Program-made: the position numbers and the translations under genes
Shown: piece after piece, positions 43,236 through 57,210 of the stretch
Layout of the letters: each line of letters starts with the position of its first letter
Numbering within the stretch: position 1 is the stretch's first letter
Notes under the pieces: generated by a model
What the model was told of the DNA's origin: nothing
The model's database searches: none
The model's input: the letters and a program-made list of their open reading frames with translations, nothing else
From: Octopus vulgaris
Lineage: Eukaryota
NCBI GenBank assembly: GCA_951406725.2
Contig: OX597814.1
Location: 101,432,001 to 101,496,000 of the forward strand
Reading direction: 5' to 3'
DNA: 64,000 nucleotides

Positions 43236-43844
43236 ATATATATCAGATACACACACATCACAGATATACGTAGGCGCACAATGGCGTAAGCAGAACATCC
43301 TAATAGACTTTGTACCAGTAAAAAGGAATGAGACAACAGTGGACCATTTTTGAGAACAGCAAAAGCACATTCAGTTCTTAATTATCTGAATGCAGATATA
43401 TCGTTTTGTACAAAAGTAAATAGAGAGAATCTTGGTATATGAATTAACCAAGACAGTGTCTGAAATATCCTAAAATCTTATGCAATCAGAATATGCCCTC
43501 CATACTGTTTGGAACACGCTTTGGTTCAGAGCTAGAAGTTTCAAGAAACGAACCAAGCACTTGAACGTCATGAGAGAAAAATATTTGCTAGTATAATACT
43601 AACAAGCTCGCCTGCTATGCTGTTCTTGGTAAACATTCATAGAATTGATTGGCACCTAGCACGTGATTACATAAACACGGCTAATCAGCGAACTCTATTG
43701 GTACTCTCAAATACATAATATGAAGGCCTTGTTTAACTTCGGAAATATTCAAACTTAAATCATAAAATATATAATCATACAGTTATCAGCTACTCTCTTA
43801 AATTACAGACTTTGTACAAATATTATTATTACTATTATCTAGAA

Positions 43845-44056
43845 GACTGCGAACTGGCAGAATCGTTAGTATGCCAGGCAAATTGCTTAGCAGCATTTCG
43901 TCCGTCTTTGCGGTCTGAGTTCAAATTCCGCTGAGGTCGACTTTGCCTTTCGTCATTTCAGGGTGGATAAAATAAGTACCGGTTCAACAGTGGGCTCGAA
44001 GTAACTCGACTTTACTCCTCCCCTGAAAAGACTAGTCTTGTGCCAAAATTTGAAAT
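43845..44056 (+). mobile_element. SINE family B (tail type 2)
   Basis: gcgaactggcagaatcgttag...gaggtcgactttgcctttc...cttgtgccaaaatttgaaa. Confidence 0.85.
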
Positions 44057-44629
44057 CATTATCACTACTATCTTCTTACAATTTAATGTGAATTATTATC
44101 AGGTCTTTAACAGTGGCATAATGGTATGCACTTCATTAAATAACGATCGATCACAAATCCTGCTAGTCAGCTTCGACGTTGCATCTTATCCCATTGATGA
44201 TCTGCAGGAAATATATACTATATTCAGCTCAAGAGTCTACAAATACTCCAACACATCATGTGTATGTGCGCATGTGCGTGCATGTATGTGCGTGTGTGTA
44301 TTACAAACTATGCACTTCAGAAGAAATTTATTCAGGGTTAAGGGTCACTAAGTTACTGGAATGCACCAAGTAAAGGGTTGCGCAGAGATAACAACAGGAC
44401 TTTTTGCTTAGTATGTAGCGCCAATAGATGCTACCGCGATCAGGGAATTGTCGAATTGGTACAGGAAAATCCTCTGATAAATTTCCATATTAATGTCATT
44501 GAATAAAACAACGGGTAGAACTTTCAGATCGATGGATTGTTGGTCCTATTCATTTCTTCATTTCACAAGTGGACTCTCGCCAAAAGGATTTCAAAATGTG
44601 CTAACAAGCTTTTTTATCGATTGAAAAGT

Positions 44630-44668
<39 letters not shown>

Positions 44669-44721
44669 GTTTAAATATTTGTTGTGCAAGATTTTTTATG
44701 TGAAGTCGTGTGTTGAAACAG

Positions 44722-44907
44722 ATATTGTTATATTTCGGAATGGTCATATTGCCAGTTTAGCCAATAAAAACACACGCACTATATATTTGGTGTTATTTTG
44801 CTTCAGTGATATTTATTATAAATATCACTGAAGCAAAATAACACCAAATATATAGTGCGTGTGTTTTATTGGCTAAACTGGCAATATGACCATTCCGAAA
44901 TATAACA

Positions 44908-44911
<4 letters not shown>
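44722..44911. repeat. Near-perfect 190-bp palindrome between (TA)n tracts
   Basis: Arms of about 95 bp, single central T (44817), one 1-bp indel. Confidence 0.95.
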
Positions 44912-44955
<44 letters not shown>

Positions 44956-45181
44956 TCTTCCGAAAAAGAAAATCGAAATTCTACCACAACCACTACGACT
45001 GCCCCTACTCGCACTACTACTACAACCACCGTGGTCACTGTTGCTACGGCCACAGTGAGAGAATTATAATAATGGAGGTGGGGCGAATTACAATTTCTCA
45101 GATCCTTAAACAGTCACTCACGCTGGCAGTGATATGTCTTAGGGAAGGAAAAAATTATAAAAAGATTTCTTTCTCTGCGAG

Positions 45182-45483
45182 CAGATCTAATTCTGATTCG
45201 TCAAAAAATTGATGACGTTTTACCTCAGTGGTCAAGCTATTGTCACCCTGCTTCGTCGGTTTCCTCACACGATACAGCTATGGGTCAGACCCGATTCTGA
45301 TTCGTCAAAACATTGATGACGTTTTTCTTCCGTGGTCAAACTACTCGTTCTGCTGGGCTAGCCACCTAACAGGATACAGTCATGGGTCAGATCTAATTTC
45401 GATTCGTCAAAAAATTGATGACGTTTTTCTTCCGTGGTCAAACTTGTCGTTCCGCTTGGTTGGTTTCCTAACATGATACAGTT
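45182..45483. repeat. Three diverged tandem units of about 102-104 bp
   Basis: Units start at 45182, 45286 and 45388 and share gattcgtcaaaa(a/c)attgatgacgtttt..gtggtcaa and gatacag. Confidence 0.9.
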
Positions 45484-45900
45484 AGGAGTCTTTTCACTAT
45501 ATTCGTTGAGGCTGGGTTTTGATTGGTTTGGAACTATATGACGTCAGTAAACAGTGCCAGAGACCACAGCTTAGCTGATATAAATCCAACAATCACAAAA
45601 TTTACCAAAATTATGCCAGCAGACGCCGACCAAAAATCATTACTGTTGCTCCCATTGGAACACAAGGTAAAATCTATAATGAACTCCTCACCTTTTCAAG
45701 AACATGAATATTTTATATTTGACTCTATTGAATGTATGTCACAATTATGAACTGTTCCATCATACTCTTTAAACATATAGCATGGACTCTCTTTATTATA
45801 TAAAAAAATTTTTTTGATAAGGTTCGTTATTTCAAGAACCGAAACATGTTAAATTAAAATTTATCTAATATAGCGGCATTTTCAAACTTCATTTTTTACA

Positions 45901-45993
<93 letters not shown>

Positions 45994-46408
45994 TAGATAG
46001 ATAGCTAGATACATACATACATACAAACATACATACATACATACATACATACATACATACATACATACATTCATACATACATACATACATACATACCTAC
46101 ATACATACATACATACATACATACATACATGCATACATACATACTCAGTGAACCGCATAAGATACAAAGAGGTGGAATGTACAAACTGAAATTAACATAG
46201 GGAAACTTGGAGGAGCTTCGGAAAGCATGTTACCAAGGTATCAGCTAGTTCTCTTATGACCTTGAATGGCTTCATCTGTGTCGTCGCTGAAGAAATGAAG
46301 TATTTCGCATAACAACTACGCGCGTCAACGTATCTCGCCCTTCACATAATCTACGCATTGGTTTCAAAATGAACGGGAAGATTTTTGTGCGTACCATTTC
46401 AGGAAATC

Positions 46409-46442
<34 letters not shown>

Positions 46443-47681
46443 ACCACATACACCACATACACCGACACATTCACCACACATACACACATGCACCACTCAT
46501 AGACACACACATATACCCAGACACATGCACCAAACTTACACACACACGAACTCGCACATTTTTACATGTATGTATATATACGAGTGTGTGCATGTGTGTG
46601 TACGTGTGTGTGTATAACAAATGAAGGCATAAATACTTAAATCTTTTGATTGTCTTGTAGATGATAGCGTACAAATATCGAATGGTAACGTTTATATAAT
46701 TAGTCAATAGCAGGATCGAACAGGACTAGAAGGGGCAAAAATCATAAATTAAAGGCTAAGAGTAAAATAAAAACACTCAAAAGATCGAAATTTTATTACC
46801 AACACCAGTTCTAAATTTCTTTAATATCTTGATAATTATTTATCTTTTTGCAAAAGTAGTGTATGGAATTACGAGTGAGAATTTAGGATGCAAAACTGCC
46901 CCATGTTCAGGGGTGCAGTACTTCAGACGGCATTGCTGAGGGGATTTTTTTTTAGAACAGAAAAAAAAAAACACTTTGTCTCACTTGGTTTGCTTAAAAA
47001 CACCTGCAAAAATGATTCAGACAAATAACTAAAAGTGACTTCATCTGACTTCCATACTTAAGTTAACCAATAATCTTCCCTCCCTAAATTTAACTCTTGT
47101 CTTTATAGACCGTGGGTGTAGTGAACAAATTGTGAGACACTGAGGGATTGTAGGAAAGACATAGTGAAAGAGAAATAAACCGAGACTCCTCATGTTTGCA
47201 AGGTGGTTGTGCATGTATGTGTGTATGTGTGTATGTGTGTGTGCGCGTCAGTGAGAGTCTGCGTGATCATGTGTATAGGTTTGAATGTTCTGTTTCTGTA
47301 TGTGCATGCGTGTGAAAGATGTGTGCATACAAGTGTGCGCGTAGGTGGTTGTATGTGCATTGTATAAGTTAAACGTATTGTGTTTGTGAGAACATATGAA
47401 AAGTACTGTCACACACAAGTACATATACACGCACACACACACATGTATGTATGCATATATGATTGTACGTATGTATGTATGTAATTATGAGTATGTATGT
47501 CTGCGTGTCTGCGATAATACATGATCATGTGTCCTATTATAGGCGACATAACGCTTATGTATGTTTGCAAAATCATTTATTTACAGAAAATTTTAATGAT
47601 TAATGAATCTGTGTATGTATATATATATATAGGTGAGAAAGTTGGAGTATATATATACATATGTATGTATGTGTGTGTATG

Positions 47682-47761
<80 letters not shown>

Positions 47762-48510
47762 GTTTGTTTATTAATATATCTATATACATTTATTCAAATA
47801 CACACACATACACACAAACACATATATATTATTTATATAGGTACGCATTCATACATGCACACTACCTATGTGTGTGTATGTGGGTGCGTGCGTGCATGCG
47901 TGAGTATCTATGTGTGTGTGCTCGTGTGTGTGTGTGTGTGTGTAATGTTTGTACAATATTTGTACGCTGGTCTATATTCAACGACCATGTAAGCATTTTG
48001 TTTATATATGTGTGTGCGTCTGTGTGTGTGAGTGTGTGTTATAGTGCGTATAGCTGTATTTATGTGGATGTTTAGAAACCTGGGTATGAGGTGATCAAGG
48101 TGGCAATATAAGAGGGAGTGGGGAACATGTCGCAGCATGACTCCAAATAAGGAAGAGGATGTTGTGCTTGTAGCAAAAAGATGGATTGCAATGGCGACTT
48201 CCGGTTGTCGGAGCCGTAAACATATACGTCCTGTTGAAGTGTAATTATCTCAACGACACATACATATTGGCGCTCCTTGGATGGCTGACTCCATGAAACC
48301 GTAGTCAGTCAGTGCCAATTTCTATATTTCACAGATCTGAGTTCAATTCCTGATGTATATTGGTCGTTTTGTTTCTTTAAACTCTACTTTTCCGTTTGTG
48401 AGTTTCATTAAATATCGGCCATTATTACACTGAAACCATGGACAAATTATTAGTTTAATCGAAACCATGGACAAATTATTGGTTTAATCTATGCACAAGG
48501 ATTTTTTTTA

Positions 48511-49920
48511 AGGGCGACGAGCTGGCAGAATCGTTAGGATGCCGGACGAAATGCTTAGCGGTATTTCGTCTGCCGCTACGTTCTGAGTTCAAATTCTACC
48601 GAGGTCCACTTTGCTTTTCATCCTTTCGGAGTCGATTAAATAAGTACCAGTTACGGACTGGGGTCGATATAATCGACTTAATCCGTTTGTCCCTCTCTGT
48701 GTTTAACACCTTGTGAGTAGTAAAGAAATAGGTTTAATCGGAAAGGTCTCGGAAAAACTAGTTTTGCGTTTGAAATTCAAATTTTACTGACATTGACTTC
48801 GCCTTTCATTCTCTTGGGTTTGAGACCATAAAGTACCATTGAAGCAGTGGGTTGATTTAAATGCTTAACTCCTCACTCCATGAGATTTCTAATTCTTTTA
48901 CCAACTTTTGAAGCAAGTATAACAGACGATGATTTGGCAGAATCGTTAAAAATGAGGATAAAATAAGTTGTGGTATTTGTTCGGGTCCCAAGTTTTCTGA
49001 ATTCAAACCCCAGCGATGACAGCTTTGAATTTCATCTTTCCAGGTTTGCAAAAATAAACTACCAGTAAAGTATTAGAGTCAAGATGTTCGACTGTATCCA
49101 TCTCCCATGTGCTTAAGTAAAAATTTAAAAAATCAATATTTTGCAGTTTCCACTTGTAAAGATTCTGAGTTATCTAGAATAAAATACCAACCAATACTGT
49201 AATCAATAACATCACGTTCGAACACGGATGGCTAACAGAATCGTTAGCACGCCGGGTATAATGCTTAGCGTTATTTCGTCTGCCGTTACGTAATGAGTTC
49301 AAATTCTGCCGAGGTCGACTTTGCCTTTCATCCATTCGGGGTCGATAAATTAAGTACCAGTTACGCACTGGGGTCGATGTAATCGACTTAATCCGTTTGT
49401 CTGTCCTTATTTGTCCCCTTTGTGTGTAATGCCTTTTGGGTAGTAAAGAAATAGGTACTTTGTTCGTCTTTACGTTCTGAGTCTACTTCGTCTTTCACCC
49501 TCTCAGGGTTGATAAATTAAGTACCAGTTGAGTATTGGGACTGACGTAATCAAATTACCCACTCTCTCGAAATTATTGGCCTTGTGCTAAAATTTGAAAT
49601 AAATATTAACACCTTAGAGGCGGAGACCTGGCAGACTCGTTTGCCCGACGGGCAAAATGCTTAGCGGCATTTCGTCCATCTTTATGTTTTGAGTTCAAAT
49701 TCTGCCAAAGTCAACTTAGCTTTGTATTCTTTAGGGTCGATAAAATAAGTACCAGTTGGACACTAAGGGGTCAAGGTAAACGACTTACACCGACCCCAAA
49801 ATTGCTGGCCTCGTGTCAAAATTTGAAATAGTTATTTCATTCGTCTATGCGTTCTTATTTCCGCCTAGGTTTACTTTGCCTTTCATCGTTTCGGAATCGA
49901 TGAAATAAGTACCAGTTAAG
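48511..49920 (+). mobile_element. Cluster of about six same-orientation SINE family B copies and fragments
   Basis: Copies at about 48511-48732, 48790-48900, 48925-49100, 49228-49600 (dimer), 49618-49828 and 49855-49920. Confidence 0.85.
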
Positions 49921-50456
49921 CATAGAAGAATTAATTCTTCTGTATTTAGAGGCTTTTGAATAGATTTCGTAGTACTTGATAGGAGGAAATCGAGATTAAG
50001 TCCAAGGTAGTAAGTATGCATCCTGCATCTTCTTTCTACTTGTCTTGCGAGAATATTCTGGAAAGAAGTGTCTAATAAGTAAATATGTCTGTTTTTGGAG
50101 TTCTTATATGTTGCACCGCAACAGCTTCGCCAATGTGTCATTTTACTATCAGTTTCGTGAGTACATTTCCTTCCCTTTATTACTTTACAAGTTTCAGTTT
50201 TGGAACATCGCTTCTCACAAGTTTGACGAAAGAAATGTCTGTGTGTTTGAGTGTGTTTGAGAGAGAGAGAGTGTGTGTGTGTGTGTGTGTATGTGTGTGT
50301 GTGTATGTGTGTGTGTGCGTGTGTGTGTGTGTGCGTGTATACATATACGTGTATGTTTACACTTATATTTTGCACATTTTTTCATTTTATATAGTTTTTA
50401 TATTCGCACTATATATGCCAGTACCCACACCCGCAGACCCTCACACACGCACACAC

Positions 50457-50521
<65 letters not shown>

Positions 50522-50606
50522 CATATATTTATATATATATATGTATATATGAATATATATGAATCTATATATTATATCGTATTTATACATGCATATATAC
50601 ATATAT

Positions 50607-51070
50607 AATCAAAATAAGCAACAAGGATAACCAGAGGTAATGCATATGATCGTTTCATGAGACTCCATTTAATTGAACAATGCAAACATTACTTCAATGT
50701 AAAATGTAGAGCAATCTTTAGCTGCATAAAAATATAGAATTTAGTCAAATTCGAAGGACTCATTTGTATAATTTTCTTCTTATCCAAAATCTTATCCTTT
50801 TAGTGAATTTGGATAAAAAGAAAATTATACAAATGAGTCCTTCGAATTCTATATTTTTATGCAACTGAAGATTGCTCTACATTTTAAATTGACGTAATGT
50901 TTGCATTGTTCAATCAAATGAAGTCGCATGAAACGATCGTACTGCATTACCTCTGGATATCCTTGTTGCTTATTTTGATTATAATCACCCCATTTTGAAT
51001 TATATGGATAATACCATAATAAATTCTGGTACTTTTAACTTATGTACCATATTCATCTGAATCTAAATTT
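50607..51070 (+). mobile_element. Foldback hammerhead element, family H1 (copy 2), inside TA-rich microsatellite
   Basis: Same sequence family as 33834-34263; motifs at 50859-50947 (+) and degenerate 50640-50727 (-). Confidence 0.85.
50859..50947 (+). ncRNA. Type I hammerhead motif (H1)
   Basis: ATGCAA-CTGAAGA...GCAT-GAAAC-GATC-GTA-CTGCAT; core intact, one stem I mismatch. Confidence 0.72.
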
Positions 51071-51825
51071 TATATGCTTATATATGTAAATGTATATATG
51101 TATATGCATGTATGTATGTGTGTATATATGTATTCCTATCTAGTCATTAACGCATGGTGTAATCATTCTCTCGCCATCAGTTTCATACGTTTCCCTTGTG
51201 CAAGGGTTTTTACTAGACCTGATATGTTTTTGTAATATGATTCCATTTCATTTACTTCCCTTTTACAGTATGTAATTTATGCGTTTATAATTCATTCGTT
51301 GTCCGCTGTTTATTGCTGTTTATACCTGTGGTATTTTACGTAGATTCTCGAAGAACAGAGGATAAAAGAAGCCAATGCAACAGAGCATGTAACTATATCA
51401 AACGGGTAACTAAAACACAGTGATTAGATTTGAACTATGTTTAGCAACAAAACTTGTAGTAACTCAGGTAAATAAGTTATTTTTTTATTAAATATAACTA
51501 GTCCGGGAAACTTTTGATACCACCTCATATATCTTCTGAAGAATATAGAATATATAGTGTATATTATAGAATATATTCACTCGCTACATCATTTCTTTCT
51601 TGTTTGTATGTCAGTCTTGTATCCTTATTCGTAATAGTGTTGGAAATCCTTTATTTGAAGTTCCAAAATCAGAAAAAACTGAAAAGCCAGATTTTTTTTA
51701 AATCTGACATTACACGGCACAAGTGAAAAATTGCAAAATTTGTTGTGACTAAAGGTGTTGTGTGCCGTTACGACACTTAAGTTCGTAAACAGTCATCATC
51801 ATGTTTGTTTTGATTTTTTTGAACA

Positions 51826-52003
51826 GCATACGATAGGCTTCTTTCAGTTTCCCGCTACCAAATCTACTCACAAGGTTTTAGTCGAACCGGGTCTATAATA
51901 GAGAACACTTGCCGAAGTAGCCACCCAGGGGGACTGAACACGGAACCGTATGGTTAGGAAGCAAACTTCTTCCCATAATGCCACTCTTGTAGCCATGCCT
52001 GCG
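51826..52003 (-). mobile_element. SINE family A, 5' half
   Basis: ggcttctttcagtttc..ccaaatctactcacaagg..ggactgaac. Confidence 0.75.
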
Positions 52004-52501
52004 TCTGTAAAATATTTTTTCAGTTTGGTTCTTTTTAACTGCAATTATGTTTTAATACCTTACTTAAAACCTAATACCTGAATAGTAAAGAAATAAATTA
52101 CGGTATTAAGTATAAGACATTATTAAAATGTATGTAAAACTGCATTCAAAGTGTATCAGGTATATTATGAAATATAAATAGATATTGTGTTTAGACCGCC
52201 ACATACCCAAGCTGTCTCAGTTTAGGGCTACAAATTAAAAACATACTCAGAAATCAGGAAAAAAAAATAATAAAATTAAATTCGCAACACGAATTTTGGA
52301 TAACAGGTTTTTAACTACGGTCTGAAAAGGGTTAATAAAATGGTGTTGAAAATTACTTTATAACAATAAAGTTTAAGCTTATTTCCACTGAGTTCTATTA
52401 TTTATTTGTCTGGGACTGTATTTATATTTGAAAAGAATGCACGAACTCTCACCAGAATTCTTTTTAATTATCATTTACATATACCTTTTATTTGATTCAG
52501 C

Positions 52502-52831
52502 TAAACATCTGCAAGATCATCAGCATAGTCTGTGGTTTACGAAACAGAACTAGATACAGGGCACTCAACCGAAATCCAGTATGTATAAAGTTCCACAAAT
52601 TATATTTATGTGCATCATTTAAAATGCCTTAACTTTGGCGCGCTGAAATCGGAAATTACTCTGCCGTTAGTAAACTACAGCAGTCAATTTACCGGCTATA
52701 GAACATTTTTTATTTAAAATTAAATAAGGGTAGAAATTGATATTAATCAATTAAAACCAGCGCCCTGTATCTAGTTCTGGAAATTGTGTTTCGTAAACGA
52801 CAGACTATGCTGATGATCTTGGAGATGTTTA
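52502..52831. repeat. Inverted repeat, ~60-bp arms around a ~200-bp spacer
   Basis: taaacatctgcaagatcatcagcatagtctgt..gaactagatacagggc versus gccctgtatctagttctg..acagactatgctgatgatcttggagatgttta. Confidence 0.85.
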
Positions 52832-53070
52832 CGTATCCATATACGTAAATATTAACAAGTGAAACTAATTAGTACATAGGTAATCGTTTTTTATTTCGTA
52901 TATTTTCATTTGATTTGCTTATTTTTACACTTTGTTTTTTTGCTGAATTTTTTCTTGAGAATACATTGTTCGTGGAAAATGGCAATTTTGACGTCTATAT
53001 CTAGCATACAGGCTGTCCACTTTTAGTGGACAGTCCTCTAAATTTTGTATATATATATATATACACACAC

Positions 53071-53122
<52 letters not shown>

Positions 53123-53331
53123 ATGTACGTATGTATGTATGTATGTATGTATGTATGTATTTATGCATGTGTGTATGTGTGTGTGTATGTATGTATCGTT
53201 TGTCGTCTAGTTCGGTTTTTCATTGGTATCTATGATAACTATTACCCCATTCAGACAAGGAAAAGACCAAAATAACATAGCGAATTACCACACTCATACA
53301 CACACACAGATACGCCTGCGCGCGCACACTT

Positions 53332-53545
53332 CTTTTATCTTTCCCTTGTTTCAGCTACTGGACTGCAGCCAATCTGGGACACAGCTTTGAAGCGTTTCAT
53401 CGAGTAACTCGACCCAATTACATATCTTTAAGCCTGATACCTATTGCATCGGTTTCCTCTTGCTAAACCGCTAGGTTACGGGGACGTAAGTAAGTCAGCA
53501 CCAGCTCTCAAGTGGTTGTGGGGGACAAACACAGCCACAAGGATA
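53332..53545 (-). mobile_element. SINE family A, 3' half
   Basis: gtttcagc..gactgcagcc..aaccgctaggttacggggacgtaa..ggggacaaacacag. Confidence 0.7.
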
Positions 53546-53552
53546 CAAACGC

Positions 53553-53591
<39 letters not shown>

Positions 53592-53597
53592 TATGTG

Positions 53598-53902
53598 GAG
53601 GCGCAATGGCCCAGTGGTTAGGGCAGCGGACTCGCGGTCGTAGGATCGCGGTTTCGATTCCCATACCGGGCGTTGTGAGTGCTTATTGAGCGAAAACATC
53701 TAAAGCTCCACGAGCCTCCGGCAAGGGGGGGTGATCCCTGCTGTACTCTTTCGCCACAACTTTCTCTTACTCTTTCTTCTCTTGGCTTGCTCACTTAGCT
53801 AGCGGGGTGGCGTCATTTGAAGGCTAAAACAATGCGAAGCGCATTGTGACCAGTGATGTGTAACAACATCTGATAGCCTGGTCGGTCACGTGATCACGTG
53901 AT
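53598..53902 (+). mobile_element. SINE family C, full length
   Basis: tRNA-like head (TGGCCCAGTGG A-box, GTTTCGATTCC B-box), tail ggtcacgtgatcacgtgat. Confidence 0.9.
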
Positions 53903-54034
53903 ATTTATTCATATATACATATATATATATATGCACACACAGACACACACGTATAATACAGAGAGATAGATATTAGATATATAGATATATGTATACATGC
54001 ATACACATATTTAGATAGATAGATAGATAGATAT

Positions 54035-54106
<72 letters not shown>

Positions 54107-54761
54107 TTGGATAGATAGATTTTTGGAAGTGTATTACGTCCTGAGATACACAATGTGACACGCATACATACATGTAAGTGTATGTATGTGTGCTTGTAAG
54201 CACATGCTTGTGTCTGTGTATCAGTGTGTCTGTATGTGTGAGTACGTGTGTACACGTGGATTTAATGGCGGGTTACCAACAATCGTGAATTATTCAAGAA
54301 AGAAAATATCAAATCATAGCAGGACATATTTAGCCATTAGATTATTGGAGTTAGTGATGATGACGGTGGTGGTTGTACGGTGGTGGTTGTGGCGGTGGTA
54401 GTGATTGTAGTGGTGGTTATGGTGGTGGGGGTATAGTCACTATAGGGGGAAAATGTCTGCTGCCTGTGTTTTCTTTGACAACAAACACAGTTAAACACTG
54501 TTATAATGATGTGACATGACCGGTTTATGTATATTTGCTGCTGTCAACGGAACATTTGCTAGATCCGAACAGGTGGCTCTTTTGCCAAATGAGATAGCAA
54601 ATCTCCCTCTTTGTCTCCTTCTCCCGTTTCTCTCTCCCTCCCCCACTCTCCCTCTGTCTCTTTTACTCAGCAGCCATTTCTTTATAATTTTACCAGATTC
54701 CTTTCTAACTGTCAGTCTCTCCTCTCTCTACCCCCTCTCTCCCCCCGTCTCTCTCTCTCTC

Positions 54762-54805
<44 letters not shown>

Positions 54806-55339
54806 TCTCTCTCTCTTCCGACAAAATCTTTTTTTCCATCTTCTTTTTCTCCTCTGCCCTTCCGTTCTCCCGCTCTCTCACCCGATAATGCTTTTCTGCC
54901 CTTGCAAGAGAAATTACTTAGCCGATTCCGTTCTGCAAATTATATTTCGCCACGTTAGGGTTGCACGTTTACTATGAATGCATTTATACATATAACTGTA
55001 CGTGTCTGAGCATGACTACGTGCATTTACCTATGTATGCGTGCATATATTTATGTGTGCATGTGTATATGCACGTCTATTAATGTGTGCATGCGTGTGAG
55101 TGTATGTATGTGTGTGTATACATATAAGTGTTCAATTTGTTGTTAGGTTTGCGGATTAGTATCTTTTTCGTACAATAATTTTTTATTTTATTTTATGTAT
55201 TGTTATTATGTATTGCCATGATTACGTGGGTGTATGTTGCTTTCCTTTAGCACTGTGGGACTGTCTGTAAAATCTACAACACAGAATCTCAAAATGTGCA
55301 ATTAGTGTGCTCTTTAACTAAACACACACACATGTATAT

Positions 55340-55417
<78 letters not shown>

Positions 55418-55455
55418 TATATAAACATATATATACATATATACATATCTAGGCG

Positions 55456-55544
<89 letters not shown>

Positions 55545-55766
55545 ACATACATACATATAATTAGTCTGTAGATGTTCGCTATACGTATACACATACGTAC
55601 ACATGCGTTCGCGCGCACATGCAAATCTATTTATTATGTGTATGTGTGTGTGAGAGAGAGAGAAAGACAAGTCGATGGCTCAGCATGGTCTGAGACCAAT
55701 TACTGGAAGCTATACAAGCATAAAATAATAAGTGTTTGATTGTATGTGTGTATATCATACATGTGC

Positions 55767-55816
<50 letters not shown>

Positions 55817-55825
55817 AGGAGACTG

Positions 55826-56322
55826 CGGAGGCCCAATGGCCCAGTAGTTAGGGCAGCGGTCTCGCAGTTGTTGGATCGCGGTTTCGATTCCCAGACCAGG
55901 CATTGTGAGTGTTTATTGAGCGAAAACACCTAAAGCTATACGAGGCTCCGGTAGGGGATGGGTGAACCCTGCTGTACTCTTTCACCACAACTTTCTCTCA
56001 CTCTTTCTTCCTCTTTCTGTTGTACCTGTATTTCAAAGCCTTGTCACACTGTGTCATGCTGAATCTCCCCGAGAACTAAGTTAAGGGTACAGGTGTCTGT
56101 GGAGTGCTCAGCCACTTGCACGTTAATAAATGAGCTGCGACGTCACTGGTGCCAAGCTGTATCGGCATTTGCCTTTCCCTTGGATAACATCGGTGGCGTG
56201 GAGAGGGGGGGATGATATGCGTGGGCGACTGCTAGTCTTCCATAAACAGCCTTGCCCATGCTTGTGCCTAGGAGGGTAACCTTCTAGGGGTAATCCCATG
56301 GTCATTCATGATCGAAGGGGGT
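55826..56322 (+). mobile_element. SINE family C with alternative long 3' region
   Basis: Head as in 53598; 3' region matches 8460-8645. Confidence 0.88.
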
Positions 56323-57161
56323 CACACAATATAGGAGACCAAAAATGTACGTACGCCGCTATATGCATATATAAAAAAAGAGCAAAACAAAAAATGGAAC
56401 AAAAACGTAATAGGTGACAACAAAACATTCGGACAGCAACGACGATCTGGAACTCGACTGACTATAGAAAGCTCCGAATGACCCGTCCTTGTTTTTCCCC
56501 GTCGTTTTACAATTCACCTTCGCAGTAACATGAGGTATACTGGGACAAAGTGAATTTAAAGTGCTCAGTTTTAATTATTTTTTTTTGTTCGTGTTCTCTT
56601 TACAACTGAAAGTGTTTTCTTTTTTCAACAAAATGGAACTTGAAAGTTACAAAATCTATGAGAGCAGAAATAACAGCCAAATCTCCAGCAAACTCTTTTT
56701 TTGCAACTGAAAGTGTTTTTTTCTACAAAATTTTTCGACACAATTTTCCTACAAAATTTGAAACTTTTAAAGTTATTTTCGCCAATTTTTTTTTTCAGAA
56801 TCGGTAACTCCATAGCCGAAAACGGGGGTTTTCGTAAAAATAATTTTTTTTAAAGTCGGGGGAGGGTCTGAGTTACGTCTCCGACATGTGCGTAAGGTAT
56901 TTACTGCATGACCAACCTCAGAAGTCAGCACAGGCCATTGCACTACAAAACTCTATAAAATGGTCAAAACTCCTCACACAGGAACTTAGTTTGATTTGAA
57001 AACCCCACTAGAATGGGAGAAAGCGCTAATGATCTAAGTGATATGATATATATATAAAAAATGTAATATACAAATAAATATCTGTAAATATAAACCATCC
57101 GATCTTCTGAGTACCTCATTTCTTCTAATATATATATGTGTGTGTGTATGCGTCAGTGTGC

Positions 57162-57208
<47 letters not shown>

Positions 57209-57210
<2 letters not shown>

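Noticed and set aside
45182-45483. CRISPR-like array
   Set aside because: Eukaryotic context, repeats not identical, spacers alignable to each other, no cas genes
46280-46332. CTGAAGA followed by ACGCGCGTC
   Set aside because: GAAA is missing and stem I is not complementary
53598-53670. tRNA-like sequence (also at 15502, 55826 and 8315)
   Set aside because: These are SINE heads continuing into SINE bodies; no complete cloverleaf or terminator
54440-54970. Possible host exon or conserved regulatory element
   Set aside because: ORFs are dominated by (CT)n; no recognisable domain or splice pattern can be supported without comparative data
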